From positions 425,940,001 through 426,004,000 of the forward strand of contig OZ024740.1 in the NCBI GenBank assembly GCA_964016885.1: a stretch of DNA of 64,000 nt, given 5' to 3'. A program made the position numbers and the translations under genes. The notes beneath the pieces are model-generated. The model worked only from the letters and a program-made list of their open reading frames with translations. It searched no databases and was not told the DNA's origin. Positions 40,379 to 53,104 of this stretch are shown here, in pieces (position 1 is the stretch's first letter; each line of letters opens with the position of its first letter). This DNA is from Eledone cirrhosa. Its lineage: Eukaryota.

Positions 40379-40688
40379 GACGAACCCACAACATACACAC
40401 GTCAACATACATACCTACATCAGCACACATCTCTACCCACATATAAACACAATGACACACGTAAACACACATGCTCTATGGTGCATACAAAAAAATATAT
40501 GTGCATATATATGTATGTATATATCTATATATATATATATATGTAGTGAATGTGTGTGTATATATATATAGTGAATATCATTTCACACCTTTTATTGTTA
40601 AGATTTTTGATGTTCTATTAAGAGAACCGATTTTACTGAAAAAATCGAATAATGTACACCATTTTACCAGGGGGAAAAAAATACTGGT

Positions 40689-40727
<39 letters not shown>

Positions 40728-40839
40728 CACAAACACATACACACGCGTACATCAACATACAAAGAGACTTATACACACACACACTTCTCCGTATAAGACA
40801 AAAGCTGAAAAATATCTTTTGACCTTGGAATGACTCTGC

Positions 40840-40872
<33 letters not shown>

Positions 40873-40943
40873 TTATCTTAATAGCCATTTGACACACATC
40901 GCTGCTGGCCATTGTCGCAGCATCGAACACCTTACTACTACTA

Positions 40944-41020
<77 letters not shown>

Positions 41021-41047
41021 TATTTGTTGTGAAAGAGTCATTTCTCA

Positions 41048-41283
41048 ATCTTGGCGCAAAACCAATTTTTTATCCACATGACCTCTACCGACCAATCAAA
41101 ATTGTTTTGACCAATAATTTTTGCTGGAGCCACTTTTTTAACATTTTAACATAAAAACAGTCTTGGCGCAAAATCAACTTTTTACATTCACATGACCTCT
41201 ACCGACCAATCAAAATTGTTTTGACCACAAGCATTTTTGCAACACAAAAATAACGCTGGAGCCACATTTTTAACATAAAAACA
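41048..41283. repeat. Imperfect tandem duplication, ~113-bp unit
   Basis: tcttggcgcaaaa...catgacctctaccgaccaatcaaaattgttttgacca...taacataaaaacag occurs twice. Confidence 0.85.
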
Positions 41284-41502
41284 GGTAGAATTCCCAAAAC
41301 TAATCAGATCAGAGCAAACAGCACGGACACTCTATCTCAAAATTATTTTTGAAAAGCATTTAGAAATGCGCAACCGGTAAAAACTTAAAAACTTAAAACC
41401 ACAACTGAATACTAACCCATACAATCACTAATACTCTTTTATTCCTAATTAAACCATTTTTCAACTGTGAACAATTTGTCAGCATTTTCTATTCCGTTTA
41501 CC

Positions 41503-41533
<31 letters not shown>

Positions 41534-41621
41534 GAGGTGAGTTTTATTGTAGTACAATAAAGCAATGGCAATGCAGATATCGGATAAGAAGCACTCTACA
41601 GTTTATAGGACTGGAGTATAC

Positions 41622-41846
41622 ATAATATATAAGATCAAAAGATGGTTAAATGAGTTCCATGTATTTTATTATGCGCATTTCAAAAACAAATATCATCATG
41701 CAATAACATTTGTGTTTTCATTTGTGTTTTCATATCATGTCCTCATATTTTATCTGATGAAAACACAAATGTTATTGCATGATGATATTTGTTTTTGAAA
41801 TGCGCATAATAAAATACATGGAACTCATTTAACCATCTTTTGATCT

Positions 41847-41856
<10 letters not shown>
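41622..41856. mobile_element. Foldback element with ~100-bp arms built around an HHR
   Basis: 41622-41721 is inverted relative to 41757-41856. Confidence 0.85.
41747..41815 (+). ncRNA. Type I hammerhead ribozyme with long stem II
   Basis: attttat-CTGATGA-AAACACAAATGTTA-ttgcatga-TGATATTTGTTTTT-GAAAT-GCGC-ATA-ataaaat: perfect 7-bp stem I, palindromic ATGCGCAT stem III, AUA site. Confidence 0.87.
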
Positions 41857-41928
<72 letters not shown>

Positions 41929-41948
41929 GTATACGTATAGATGTATAC

Positions 41949-42004
<56 letters not shown>

Positions 42005-42008
42005 GTAT

Positions 42009-42048
<40 letters not shown>

Positions 42049-42052
42049 GTAT

Positions 42053-42101
<49 letters not shown>

Positions 42102-42199
42102 CGAAACGTTGTTCCCCACCACCACCCCACTCTCAAGAGCGTGAAATTAATAAACATTCGTTGTACTACCTCTCTCTTTTGTTCCTGTTCCAATTTTCC

Positions 42200-42245
<46 letters not shown>

Positions 42246-42602
42246 AGAAATAGGATTTCACTTCAAGCATAGGTTTATTCAATTTGTATAAATATTTCGT
42301 ATCTCCAAAGAAATATGGTTTTAGGAAGCCGTAGCTATGCAAACACCGGGGGGGGGGGGGCTGCTAACGCCCTCTGGTGATGTCCAGCAAAAGTAAGGGG
42401 GACAACCGTCTATGCATGTCAGGCTTAACTGGCCATCGTCAGGACGGGCTTTTTTTTTTATTATAAGTTGAGCCAACTTATGCAGCTTCATATACAAATG
42501 AGATGAATCACCTCATTTACACAGACGAGAAAAGTATATATTTTCGCCTGTTCGGTACCCATCGTTGCCCTTTTGTTCAACGATGAACTAGTTTCCAGTT
42601 CT

Positions 42603-42645
42603 ACAGTGCTGATGACAGCTAAGAAGCTAGAAACTAGTTCATCGT
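42603..42645 (+). ncRNA. Minimal hammerhead ribozyme (family 1; element ~42560-42855)
   Basis: acagtg-CTGATGA-C-AGCT-aaga-AGCT-A-GAAAC-TA-GTT-catcgt, preceded by short inverted fragments of itself. Confidence 0.72.
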
Positions 42646-42940
42646 TCCTTTCTCAGTGCTGAACAAAAGGGCAACGATGGTTGCCGAACACTGTACGGCT
42701 CAATTCAGGCTGTTTGTTTACAAACAAATCGAACATTTTAATAAATGTTCGGTAAACTCATACGTACATATATATATATATATATGTACATGTATGTATA
42801 TACATACTACTGTATGTCTGTATACATATATGTATGTACGTATACATACTTATATTTAAGTATCAGCCGTACTAAGAGTGAGAAATGAAATTTCAATTTC
42901 ATTTTTTCCATTTATATATACTATATATATGTATATATAT

Positions 42941-42972
<32 letters not shown>

Positions 42973-42979
42973 CGTATCT

Positions 42980-43015
<36 letters not shown>

Positions 43016-43791
43016 TGAAATTTCCATTGAAAACAGAAAATATATATATATACATATATATGTATGACTGATGCCATATTATTTTGATATTTATTGGATT
43101 TAGCCTGATACCATGCTGGCCCCCCGCCTTCAAGGGTTTTAATCGAACATATTATCCCCGCATCTCTTTTATCTATTTATTTTTTTAAGTATGGTATTTA
43201 ATTTATCGGTTCATATTTGTCAAATTTTCAAGTAGTGAGGTATATACCGTCAGTAAACGACAACTCACACACAAACACACACACTCATATACACACACAC
43301 ACAAACACTCACACACACTCACATACAGACACACACACTCACATACACACACACTCACTCACATACACACACACTCACATATACACACAAACACTCACAC
43401 ACACTCACATACACTCACATACACACACACACACTCACATACACACACACAAACACTCACACACACTCACATACACGTATACATTTACACACACTCACAT
43501 ACACGTATAGATACACACACACGCACGCACGCACAAAGACACACACATACTCACGTCCATCTTACACGACGGACTTCCATACAGTTTCCATCTACCAAAT
43601 TTCACTCGCCAGGCATTGGTCAACCTAAGGCTATAACAGAAGATATGTCAGACCACAGTGCCATATCTGAGACTCAACAACAATCCACGAAGTTCCAAAG
43701 CAACTACATAAACACACAACCATGTTGTCTGATTATCACTGGTCTGTGAGTCCGGTTATTTTGGACATGTAGTTTTATGTACCCCGATATA

Positions 43792-43987
43792 GGAGGGTTG
43801 GCTGAAAGGTTCATAGGCTGTCTAAAAACGAGTGATGCTAGAGCTGTGAAATCTTGCATGCATTAATTTCAACTCTTCTTATTAATAACATTGTTTCTTT
43901 CCAGGGACTATGTTGAAAAATAAACCTCAATTGGTCATTCCATGAGAGTATCTTGGTAAGCCTATGAACTTTTCAACCGGGCTCTCG
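43792..43987. mobile_element. Mariner-derived MITE
   Basis: Imperfect ~28-bp TIRs GGAGGGTTGGCTGAAAGGTTCATAGGCT / AGCCTATGAACTTTTCAACCGGGCTCTCG, flanked by TA. Confidence 0.75.
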
Positions 43988-44098
43988 TATGCTATTTTTT
44001 GTGTTTCATCTTATAAGTATGTTTATTTTATTGATAGTTTCTGTGTGTCTGTTTCCGATCATGTGTATATGATTTTTGAATATCTGAATCAATGTATA

Positions 44099-44272
44099 TT
44101 AGTACATATTACATTAATTGTTTCTACTTTTGGCACAAGGCCAGCAATTACCCAGTACATTACTGGTATTTTATTTTAGTACATATTACATTAATTGTTT
44201 CTACTTGTGGCACAAGGCCAGCAAAAACCCAGTACATTACTGGTACTTTATTTTAGTACATATTACATTAAT
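44099..44272 (-). repeat. Tandem ~77-bp repeats containing the SINE family A 3' end
   Basis: ttagtacatattacattaattgtttctact...ggcacaaggccagc...actggta, about 2.3 units. Confidence 0.8.
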
Positions 44273-44794
44273 GTAAGTCAAAATCAAATTATTCGTATTT
44301 TAATATAGCCTCATAATTAGTTATGTTCGTGAAACATACACAATGTCCGAACTCAAAAGAACCAAACTCGAAGTTATTCACATAGCATATGTATATGTGA
44401 ACTACTACTACTACTACTACTACTACTACCACTACTACAATGGTAATAGTTCTGTTGCCGCTGTTGCCATGGATAATATCGGTCTAGATATTACATTACC
44501 TGACTGTCACGACTGGAGCGCTACAATGTCAGGTCTGATATGTCGTTAAATAATAACTCCTGTAACAACATAACAACAAAAAGAACCTTAAACGTGAATC
44601 GCTCGACATGCTAGAAACAACAGACAAATCTCCTGTAATCACCCCATACCGTCTTATATAAAGAAAAGACTGATCGAATAATGTATTTACAGGAACACTG
44701 TCTGAGAAAAGAATGAGGGCTGACCACGGCTCTGAATTACATTTAAGGTACTCCTGACTGTGAAATTCTCAGACTTGCACGTCATTTTAATAAG

Positions 44795-45060
44795 TGGAGG
44801 TATATGGCCTAGTGGTAAGGGTGTTGGACTTACGATCATAATGTCGTGGGTTCGATTCCTGGGTCACGTGTTGTGTTCTTGAGCAAAACACTTCATTTCA
44901 TGTTGCTCCAGTATACTCAACTGAAAATAACTACCAGCAATAGGTGGGGTTTAACCCTGCGATGGACTGGCGTCCTGTCCAGGGAGGAGTCTTGTACACG
45001 CCATGAAACCAGGATAAGCAGCGGCCTAACGAGCCTTCTGGCTTAAGACAGACTTTACAT
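44795..45060 (+). mobile_element. SINE family B
   Basis: TGGCCTAGTGGTAAGG A-box, GGTTCGATTCCTGG B-box and the family B core. Confidence 0.85.
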
Positions 45061-45224
45061 GGTTAGCTCTGATGCAGCTAACTTAATGTCAAAGGTCCTT
45101 CATCATCGTAGTTCCACAAGAATGTTAGCTGTAAAAACCTTCGGACTTACTCCCATCATCAAGCAGCCAGGGTAGACAACAATCATGGATCTTTATTCTG
45201 TAATAACATGAAATTTATTGATTA

Positions 45225-45966
45225 CTAGCAGTGGTACCCCGCGTTGTACGGGATAAGGTATTTTGGAAGGCGGGCCGCCAACAGACCTAATCGTGGAAAA
45301 ACTGCATGCCTGGACAATATGTAAAGAAAATAAACCGAATACTCTGATGGCTGGATAATCTTTAAGATTTTCCTCGATGAAGCAGGAAAAATGCAGGTTT
45401 TCCCCTAACGCCTCCAAATAGCCCTAAAAAGCTGAAAGAATGAAGTTTTTCACCTAATGCGGGCCCTAGGCCATAAACAAGTTGGATTTTATTTGCTCAC
45501 GGTATGAAGAAGAGACTGACTAATACATAGTTACAATTTCAAGGAAATCGGTCTGACGTAACGCCTCAAAAAATCCCTAAAAATGTTAGACAACGCAGTT
45601 TTTCACCTAATCCGGGCCCTAGGAGATCAAAAAGTTGAATTTTTTATACACACACACATACACACACTCACACACAGACATCCCCAGGGAAGTGACGTAA
45701 TGCAGACAGCCAGACATACAGACATATATTATAAGGGCGCGACGTTATATGTATGTATCTATCTAAAAAGAGAAAGACTAAAAATTATAGAGAGAGATCG
45801 CTAAATCGCCTAATGTGGTCCCTAGGGCATTGAAATTTGAATTTGTTTTGCTCAGAACACTCCCTAAAACATAAGTATTACATGTGTAAAGTTTGAAAAC
45901 AGTCGGTTGGATGGTTCAAACTCACCCACACACACAGACAGACATCCTCAGTTTGATATATATAGA
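45225..45966 (-). mobile_element. Non-autonomous Helitron
   Basis: Minus strand begins TC after host A and ends CTAG before host T. A subterminal hairpin cccg-tacaacg-cggg lies ~10 nt before CTAG, and there are three internal subrepeats (cctaat..gg.ccctagg). Confidence 0.75.
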
Positions 45967-47040
45967 TTGTTGTTGATGTGGCTGTAGTTCGTACTTCTGA
46001 TTTGCTGTTTGTAAACATATGGATCTATGACTAAAACCTTCCAACTGCGACCATATCATCTTTATGATTTAGATAATGTTACGCAATAGGGAATTCATTA
46101 TTGTGGACAGATGAGGGAGATTTGGTTGCTATTTCTAGCTGTTTCATTTATGATCTTCAATGTTATTCTTCCAGTTACAGTGTATCTAGCTAGATCTAGC
46201 TTGTCCAATGTAGCATGCCACTTCTATAACACCTGGTTGTGAAGAAATGAGGAGAAATTTAGCTGCTATTTCTCATAGACCAAGGGACCATATAAAAACG
46301 CGCTCATTGACTATTACAGTTATTTTTGTAATATATATATAGAGAGAGAGAGTGTTATAATATATAGAAAGGGATGAGTTATATTATATAGAGAGAAGGG
46401 GCTTATAATATATTTAGAGAGAGGGGTTATAATATATAGAGAGAAGGGGGCTATAATATATTTAGAGAGAGGGGGTTATATTATATAGAGAGCAGGGGCT
46501 GCTACGAACCATTAACAGTTCTTAGTAGGAAACATTAGTAAACTTTTATAGTCACAACTTGATGAGTTTATAGACATTTAAATATTTATGGCTAATATTG
46601 AGTTCAAAGGGAACAAGAAAAAGAAAGAAAGAAGCACAAAGGAAACAAAAAAACAGATCCCCAAGAAACTGGTATTAATTTCTCATTCATAGCAGTTAGA
46701 ATGGTACTTAGAACATATTGTTATGGTATAGAGTTTCTTGAAGCAATGTAAGATCTTTGATGGTTTCGTAGAATGTTCCTATGAGAAGTGAAAGAAAAAA
46801 GAAAAGAATTCAAAGGAACGGCAAATAAATAACAATATAAAGAGATAACAACAACAAAAATAATGATAAGGATGATGATGGTAATGGTTATGATGATGCT
46901 AATAATTAGCACCCTACATATTCACAGCAAGATTGGTCGCATGTGTATAATATGCCATCGTTTTGTATATCAGTACATATATGGTTTTATTTCGAATCAC
47001 ACTATGATAGTGTTACAGAAATACAATATAATAAATAAAT

Positions 47041-47378
47041 AAATTAATAGATCACCTGAAACAAAAGATCCTATTAATTAATAGATCACCTGAAACAAGA
47101 GATCCTATTAATTAATAGATCACCTGAAACAAGAGATCCTATTAATTAATAGATCACCTGAAACAAGAGATCCTATTAATTAATAGATCACCTGAAACAA
47201 GAGATCCTATTAATTAATAGATCACCTGAAACAAGAGATCCTATTAATTAATAGATCACCTGAAACAAGAGATCCTATTAATTAATAGATCACCTGAAAC
47301 AAGAGATCCTATTAATTAATAGATCACCTGAAACAAGAGATCCTATTAATTAATAGATCACCTGAAACAAGAGATCCT
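47041..47378. repeat. 34-bp minisatellite, ~10 near-perfect copies
   Basis: (ATTAATTAATAGATCACCTGAAACAAGAGATCCT)n. Confidence 0.97.
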
Positions 47379-47509
47379 TGCCAAATCCCGAAGAATACAC
47401 CAGAATGAAACAAAATAGCAACAATTATTTGAACAAAACAAACCGATTATTTGACGAAAACTTCGTTAAAATAGAAATCAATGTATCACAAGAGAACAGA
47501 AGAATATTT

Positions 47510-47595
47510 GGGAGGAGTATGGAGGAGTATGGAAGAGTATGGAGGAGTATGGAGGAGTATGGAAGAGTATGGAAGAGTATGGAGGAGTATGGAGA
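47510..47595. repeat. (GGARGAGTAT)n decamer repeat
   Basis: Direct inspection. Confidence 0.9.
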
Positions 47596-47849
47596 GTAAA
47601 CAGCAGACAGAGTATCAGGACATGAAACATGTCCAAATTTATGGTTAATTTATTTAACGGGGACATATAATGGCACGAGCGTGAAGATTTAATGAGTAAA
47701 TAACAGATCCAAAGGCATCACCTGTTTGTCTCACTAAGTGAAAAGACATATTAATACCTAAGTCTAAAGGTAGCGCCAAACCTAAAATTCACAAGCCCAT
47801 AACTCATCTTCCTAGAACTTAAATATCCTTAACTGCAATTATATCACAG

Positions 47850-48185
47850 AGAAGCCGACCAACGCCGGACATCATGGCAACTCTCCGAAATTCTTGGGGC
47901 ATCGACACCAACCTTCCTCAATCATTTGCATGCAATAGGGAAGATGTCCAAGCTGGACCAATAGGTGCCCCACAATCTGACCTAACGTAATCGTGGATGA
48001 CGTGTGGTAGCTGGGACTTATCTGCTCCCCTGCCCTCACACAACCAGCTACTTACATTCCATTGTCACTGGTGATGAAAAGTGATGGCTCTACATTAATG
48101 TCAAGGGCAAGTGATAGTGGTTTGATAAAGTTAATTCACCACAATGGAAAGCAAAGGCAGTCCTCCACCCTTGCAGAGTCCTACT
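47850..48185 (+). mobile_element. Internal mariner transposase fragment (same family as 48530-50110, opposite strand)
   Basis: KLDQ.VPHNLT and IVTGDEK motifs; homologous to 49480-49805. Confidence 0.8.
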
Positions 48186-48529
48186 ACAACATTTTCAAAA
48201 GAGCAGAAAGGATGCTGCAAATTTTCCTATAATAATAAAAATGAGTTATTTCGAAATCCCATTTTGTAGCATATGTCGTGTTCCCCAAACAAGAAATATT
48301 GGACCAGCCCATGAATAAATATACTACGATATGACTGTATGGTTTACTTGTGCAGCTGTATTTTGCCATTTCATATTTATCAATTTATACTCCTTGTACC
48401 GAAATGTAACAAGCCACTTTCCAGTATGTTACTGTCATTACTGCTAAAACATGTTTTCTAACAAAAATCTACTACTTCGCAGACGTTATTAGGAAATATA
48501 TATGTATACATATGCTGTGTGTGATATGA

Positions 48530-50110
48530 TAGGTTGGACAGAAAGTTCACGTCGTTTCCTAATTTGATTTTATTGATTTTGGGTTTTTTTAATATTAGGA
48601 AAATTTTACAAGTCAAAATAATCGCCATTATTTTAATTTAATGGCCAGTGGATTGGCAGTATCGGTAGAGGGTCGGACGCCATGCTTTGACGCATAGAGT
48701 TACGGCCCTTGCCATTCTGAGTTCAAATCCCGCCGAGGTTAACTTTGCCTTTCATCCTTATGGGGGTCGATAAAATAAAGTACCAGTAATACACTGGGTA
48801 ATTGCTGGCCTTGTGCCAAAAGTAGAAACAATTATTTTAATTTACGGGCGGTGGATTGGTAAGGGGCTGTGGATCGGCAGTATCGGTAGAGGGTCGAACG
48901 CCATGCTTTGAAGCATAGAGTTACGGCCCATGCCATTCTGAGTTCAAATCCCGCCGAGGTTAACTTTGCCTTTCATCCTTACGGGGTCGATAAAATAAAG
49001 TACCAGTAATGTAATATTTTTAATATTTGCTGGCCTTGTGCCAAAAAGTAGAAACAATTATTTTAGTTTACCGTCTGCCATCGTTTAGGAAGGCACATGA
49101 TTCCATCCTTGCAGAATTCTTTTAGCTTCGATACAAAGAATTACGTCAGCCACGGATTTAACTGGTCTTTATTGGTGAAGGTCTTTGACTACATTGCATT
49201 GTTCATTGAGAGACAAACGTGATAGTCTGTAGACACCGGGTCGGGCGAATACGGTAGGTTGGTCAGAACCTCCCAATCTAGATTTAGCAACTTCTCACGG
49301 GTGATCCATAATGTCTGCAGCCGAGCGTTAACATGAAGGAATCGAACTGGGCGCAGCTGTGCGATATTCGCCAACAATCTGTCAAGTTGTTGGCAAAAGA
49401 TGTCAGAGTTTATGCTTTTTTTTCGGGGAGCAGGTTATAGGGCATGACACCACTCTAGTGCCACCAGACGCTCAATAGGGCCTTGTGAGAGTTGAGGCCA
49501 GCCATTGCTTGCCGTTATGGCGCACTCTCTTTATCAACCCACGATTTCTTGCGCTTGATATTAATGTAGAGACTTCATTTTTCATCCCAGTGACAATGGA
49601 ACGTAACCAGTTGGTTATGTGATGGTAGGCGAGCAGAGAAATCTCAGCTACCGCTCGACATTCACAATTACACTCAGTCAGATTGTGGGGAACCCATTGG
49701 TCCAGCTTGGGCACCTTCCCTATTGAATGCAAGGGATTGAGGATGGTTGATTTAGATGCCCCAAGCATTTCGGAGAGTTGTGATGTCTGGCGTTGGTCGG
49801 CTTCCAGACGCTCACGATTTGCTCGTCATTAAAGACAGATCAACATCTTGCGTGAAGTTCAACTTCAAATCTGCAATCACCGGAACGGAAGCATGTGAAC
49901 CGGTCCCTGGCAATGTGTTGAGTCATGGGGTGTGGCCCAAATGCATTGTTAATCTGACGGCACTGTGCTGCTGTGCTTAGGCCAGGTTTAAAATCATAAA
50001 GTAAACAGCCACAAATAAATGATTTGAATAGATTCATGTTGCTTTCACTTCGGTGGCGTAACAGAAAATGCGACTCTACCAATTTGCTGCTCCTATTAGT
50101 TAATTCCAAA
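48530..50110 (-). mobile_element. Decayed mariner (Hsmar1/Mos1-like) with SINEs inserted at its 3' end
   Basis: LLYDFK.G, QWVPHNLTE, IVTG, LHVNAR, WEVL..LPYSPDPVSTDYH and PKRWQ..NGDYF motifs. A TIR-like AGGTTGGACAGAAAGTT lies at ~48530. Confidence 0.85.
48643..49062 (+). mobile_element. Two tandem SINE family A copies
   Basis: Copies at 48643-48835 and 48846-49062, separated and flanked by repeats of attatttta.ttta. Confidence 0.9.
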
Positions 50111-50356
50111 CCAACACCGTAATCTTTGTTTTACAGCTAGTGGTGGCTTTATTAACAAATTATTGTTAAATTACGGCAATGATTCATGAAACAAAAAAAC
50201 TGATATTCATCAGACAGGGTTTTGAATTTAACTTAATTAATGTAAAACATGAATAAAACTTCAGTTGATATCGGTAATACTAAATCAGTTGATATCGGCA
50301 ATACTAAATCTGAAACAAAACTAGGCCGAGTAATTGAGATTATTATAATTTCACAA

Positions 50357-50575
50357 GGGCGGTAGATTGGCAGTATCGGTAGAGCGTCGGACGACATGCT
50401 TCGCGGCAAAGATTTATGGCCCTTTACGCCCTGAGATCAAATCCCGCCGAGGTTAGCTTTGCCTTTCATCTTTACGGCGTCAATAAAATAAAGTACCAGT
50501 AAGAATTGGAGACTATTTAATCGACTTTCCTCCTTCCCCCAAATTGCTGGCCTTATGCCTATACTAGAAACAATT
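50357..50575 (+). mobile_element. SINE family A with TSD
   Basis: TSD attattataatttcacaa on both sides. Confidence 0.9.
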
Positions 50576-50682
50576 ATTATAATTTCACAAAAGAAAGATA
50601 TTTAAGTGGTGGCAGTCACCACATCTTTGTTCAGAAGTTTCTTTTAAAGAAGTTAACAGCACCAACTGTTTATAAAAATAAT

Positions 50683-50863
50683 TGTTTCTACTTTTGGCAC
50701 AAGGCCAGTAATTACCCAGTGCATTACTGGTACTTTATTTTATCGACCCCGTAAGGATGAAAGGCAAAGTTAACCTCGGCGGGATTTGAACTCAGAATGG
50801 CAAGGGCCGTAACTATGCGTCAAAGCATGGCGTCCGACTCTCTACCGATACTGCCAATCCCCC
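50683..50863 (-). mobile_element. SINE family A with TSD
   Basis: TSD actgtttataaaaataat on both sides. Confidence 0.9.
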
Positions 50864-51249
50864 ACTGTTTATAAAAATAATATCTAAACTCTCTTGTGAA
50901 GAGATTACAAAACGAATGAAATATTTAGTAACCAAAATAAGAAATATCCCCAAAGATAATTATAAAAAATAACCGAGCCAGTGTCATTTCCACTTTTTAC
51001 AAATGTTTTTAATATTGTTTCATTATATTAAAATTTTCAGTTTTACTTTGACTTCGTTCTTCCATAGTTAAGTTAACGATCTCGATTATGTCTTCGGTTT
51101 CAGTCCATAGTTGCTGAAATTGTAACAGACAAGCCTGCTTTATTACTTTAAAGATTTTCACTATCTTTGATTTCTTTACATAGAGCGGGTGGTTTGGTCC
51201 CGTAACACCTGATGGGGACGTAGGGGTGCCATTTTGAGATACGACTTTT

Positions 51250-51520
51250 CTTGGGTCTTTTAAACCTTGCGGGGCCCATCACTCTCCAGATTTGAATAAA
51301 GCAGATGTCTTCCAGAGAAGGACGGAAAGTGAGAGAGTGGAAGTGAGAAAGAGATATAGGGGAAGAATCGACCCCAGTACTAGACTGGTACTTTTTTTTA
51401 TCGAACACGAAAGCATGAAATAAAAAGTTAACCTCCTCGGGATTTGAACTCAGAGATCAGGGAGCCGGAACCAATACCACAAGGCACTCTATCCGACATT
51501 CTAAAGACTCTGCCAATTCG
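51250..51520 (-). mobile_element. Diverged SINE A-related element (tail related to 27095-27260)
   Basis: B-box and core on the minus strand; the tail ccagtctagtactggggtcg.ttctt is shared with 27110. Confidence 0.65.
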
Positions 51521-52159
51521 GAACTTTCGTTGCTTAGATAAAGATGTTAAAAGCGTGAAACTCGAACACATGCCAATATAATCAAAATGAAATTAGAAAT
51601 AACAATTAAAATAAAATTAAATTTTAAAAAATATATTTTGAAATATAATTATATTACATGAATACATCAAACCTAAATTAAACATTTGATAAAGTTCCCT
51701 AAAGTGAAAATAATACAAAAATATATATTCCTATATATTTGGTATTAGGATTGGTGCTCAAACACCAATTGGTGCTCGAGCATCAATACTAATACCTAAT
51801 GTTTGCTGGACCGGCAATCGCTCTGTATAATCAGCTCCTGATTATTACTAAAATTCTATAAGAATCCAGCTTCTATAATTTTCGGCTAAGGCAGAGGAAT
51901 ATGTGGCTCTGATGAATGCCAACCAGCGTGAAGCAGACTGTCAATGAGCACCAATCCTATATATTTATTTTATGTTCTTGTGTATGATGTGATAACAAGG
52001 CCATTTCGCAGGATATTGCTGGAGAAGTAAGCAGGAGGTGATGACGAGTATATATACATCCCTAATATACAGTTAATGTGGTATGGTAAATAAATATATA
52101 GATATATACCAACTCCGATCACAATAGAACCCCCACTATTACTGTCTCCGTCTCTCCCA

Positions 52160-52572
52160 CTCTCCCCATCTCTCACTATTGTGAGCAAAAGAGAGGCCAC
52201 GCGCTGGCCGCCTCGTGGCCCCGGCGGACAGAATAGAGAAGGCTTTTCCTCGAAGGATGGTGAGTAAAATGCGTTGGAAAAGCCATTCAAGCTCGCGAGG
52301 CACACACCTGTGGGCAACCACCTCTGTGCTGGTGTTGGTGGGTAGGGAGGTGGTCCTAGGGTCAAGGTCTCCAGAATTCTCCACTGCTACGCGCTCGACC
52401 ACAAACCTGTTGGCGAGTGACCGATGTTAAGGGCAGTTTACCCTCATCGGCCCGAAGTACAGCAGTGCCTGGGTTAGTCGCAGACTGTTCCAGGTTGCTG
52501 CTGGAAAATGTATCGCTGCATGTGGCATCCCAGATGATGGGTTTACCACCGCGGAACGGGAAGATGGTCATG
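52160..52572 (-). mobile_element. CRE-clade non-LTR retrotransposon 3' fragment (restriction-like endonuclease domain)
   Basis: MTIFPFRGGKPIIWDATCSDTF, AVENSG and REL.WLFQRI...ILRGKAFSIL follow the CRE/SLACS RLE C-terminal pattern; frameshifted. Confidence 0.75.
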
Positions 52573-52968
52573 AAGTTATTCACAAGATAATATTGTGGGA
52601 AAACAACTCATGGGAGACAGAGCAGAGGAGGATTTACTAGAAACTTGATCGATAAATTCTCAAACCATACAAGCGTCACCAGGAGCAGGGAAAATAGGGA
52701 AATTTGGAGAGACTCTGTCAGGAATGTTTGATAATGGTTGCAATGATGATTATGATGGTGGTAATGATTATGATGATGGTGATCATGATGAAGATGATGA
52801 TGGTGATGAAGATGATGATGATAATGAAGATGATGATGATGATGATGAGGATGATGATGATGATAACTAGTATTTACAGAAAGACAAAATGTTAAACTGA
52901 AAAGAAGACTATTTGTAATCACATCCCCCTTCTCTCTCTCTCTCTCTCTCTCTCTCCCTCTCTCTCTA

Positions 52969-53000
<32 letters not shown>

Positions 53001-53104
53001 TTTATATATATATATATATATATATATATCATACCAAGGGCGATATATATGCGTGTCTGTGCACATTGATATACTTGTCAACGAAACTATATATATATAT
53101 ATAT

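Larger units (their letters stand above)
37241..40495 (+). mobile_element. Penelope-like retroelement (Neptune-like architecture), inserted in (TA)n
   Basis: Upstream ORF1, then RT, a Cys-rich linker and a C-terminal GIY-YIG endonuclease; TA tracts on both sides. Confidence 0.93.

Noticed and set aside
47041-47378. 34-bp repeat as a CRISPR array
   Set aside because: The unit length is CRISPR-like, but the units are contiguous with no spacers.
51905-51950. CTGATGA-ATGC...GCGT-GAAGCAGACTGTC hammerhead-like motif
   Set aside because: GAAG replaces GAAA and stem I does not pair adjacent to the site. Probably a decayed HHR, so not counted.
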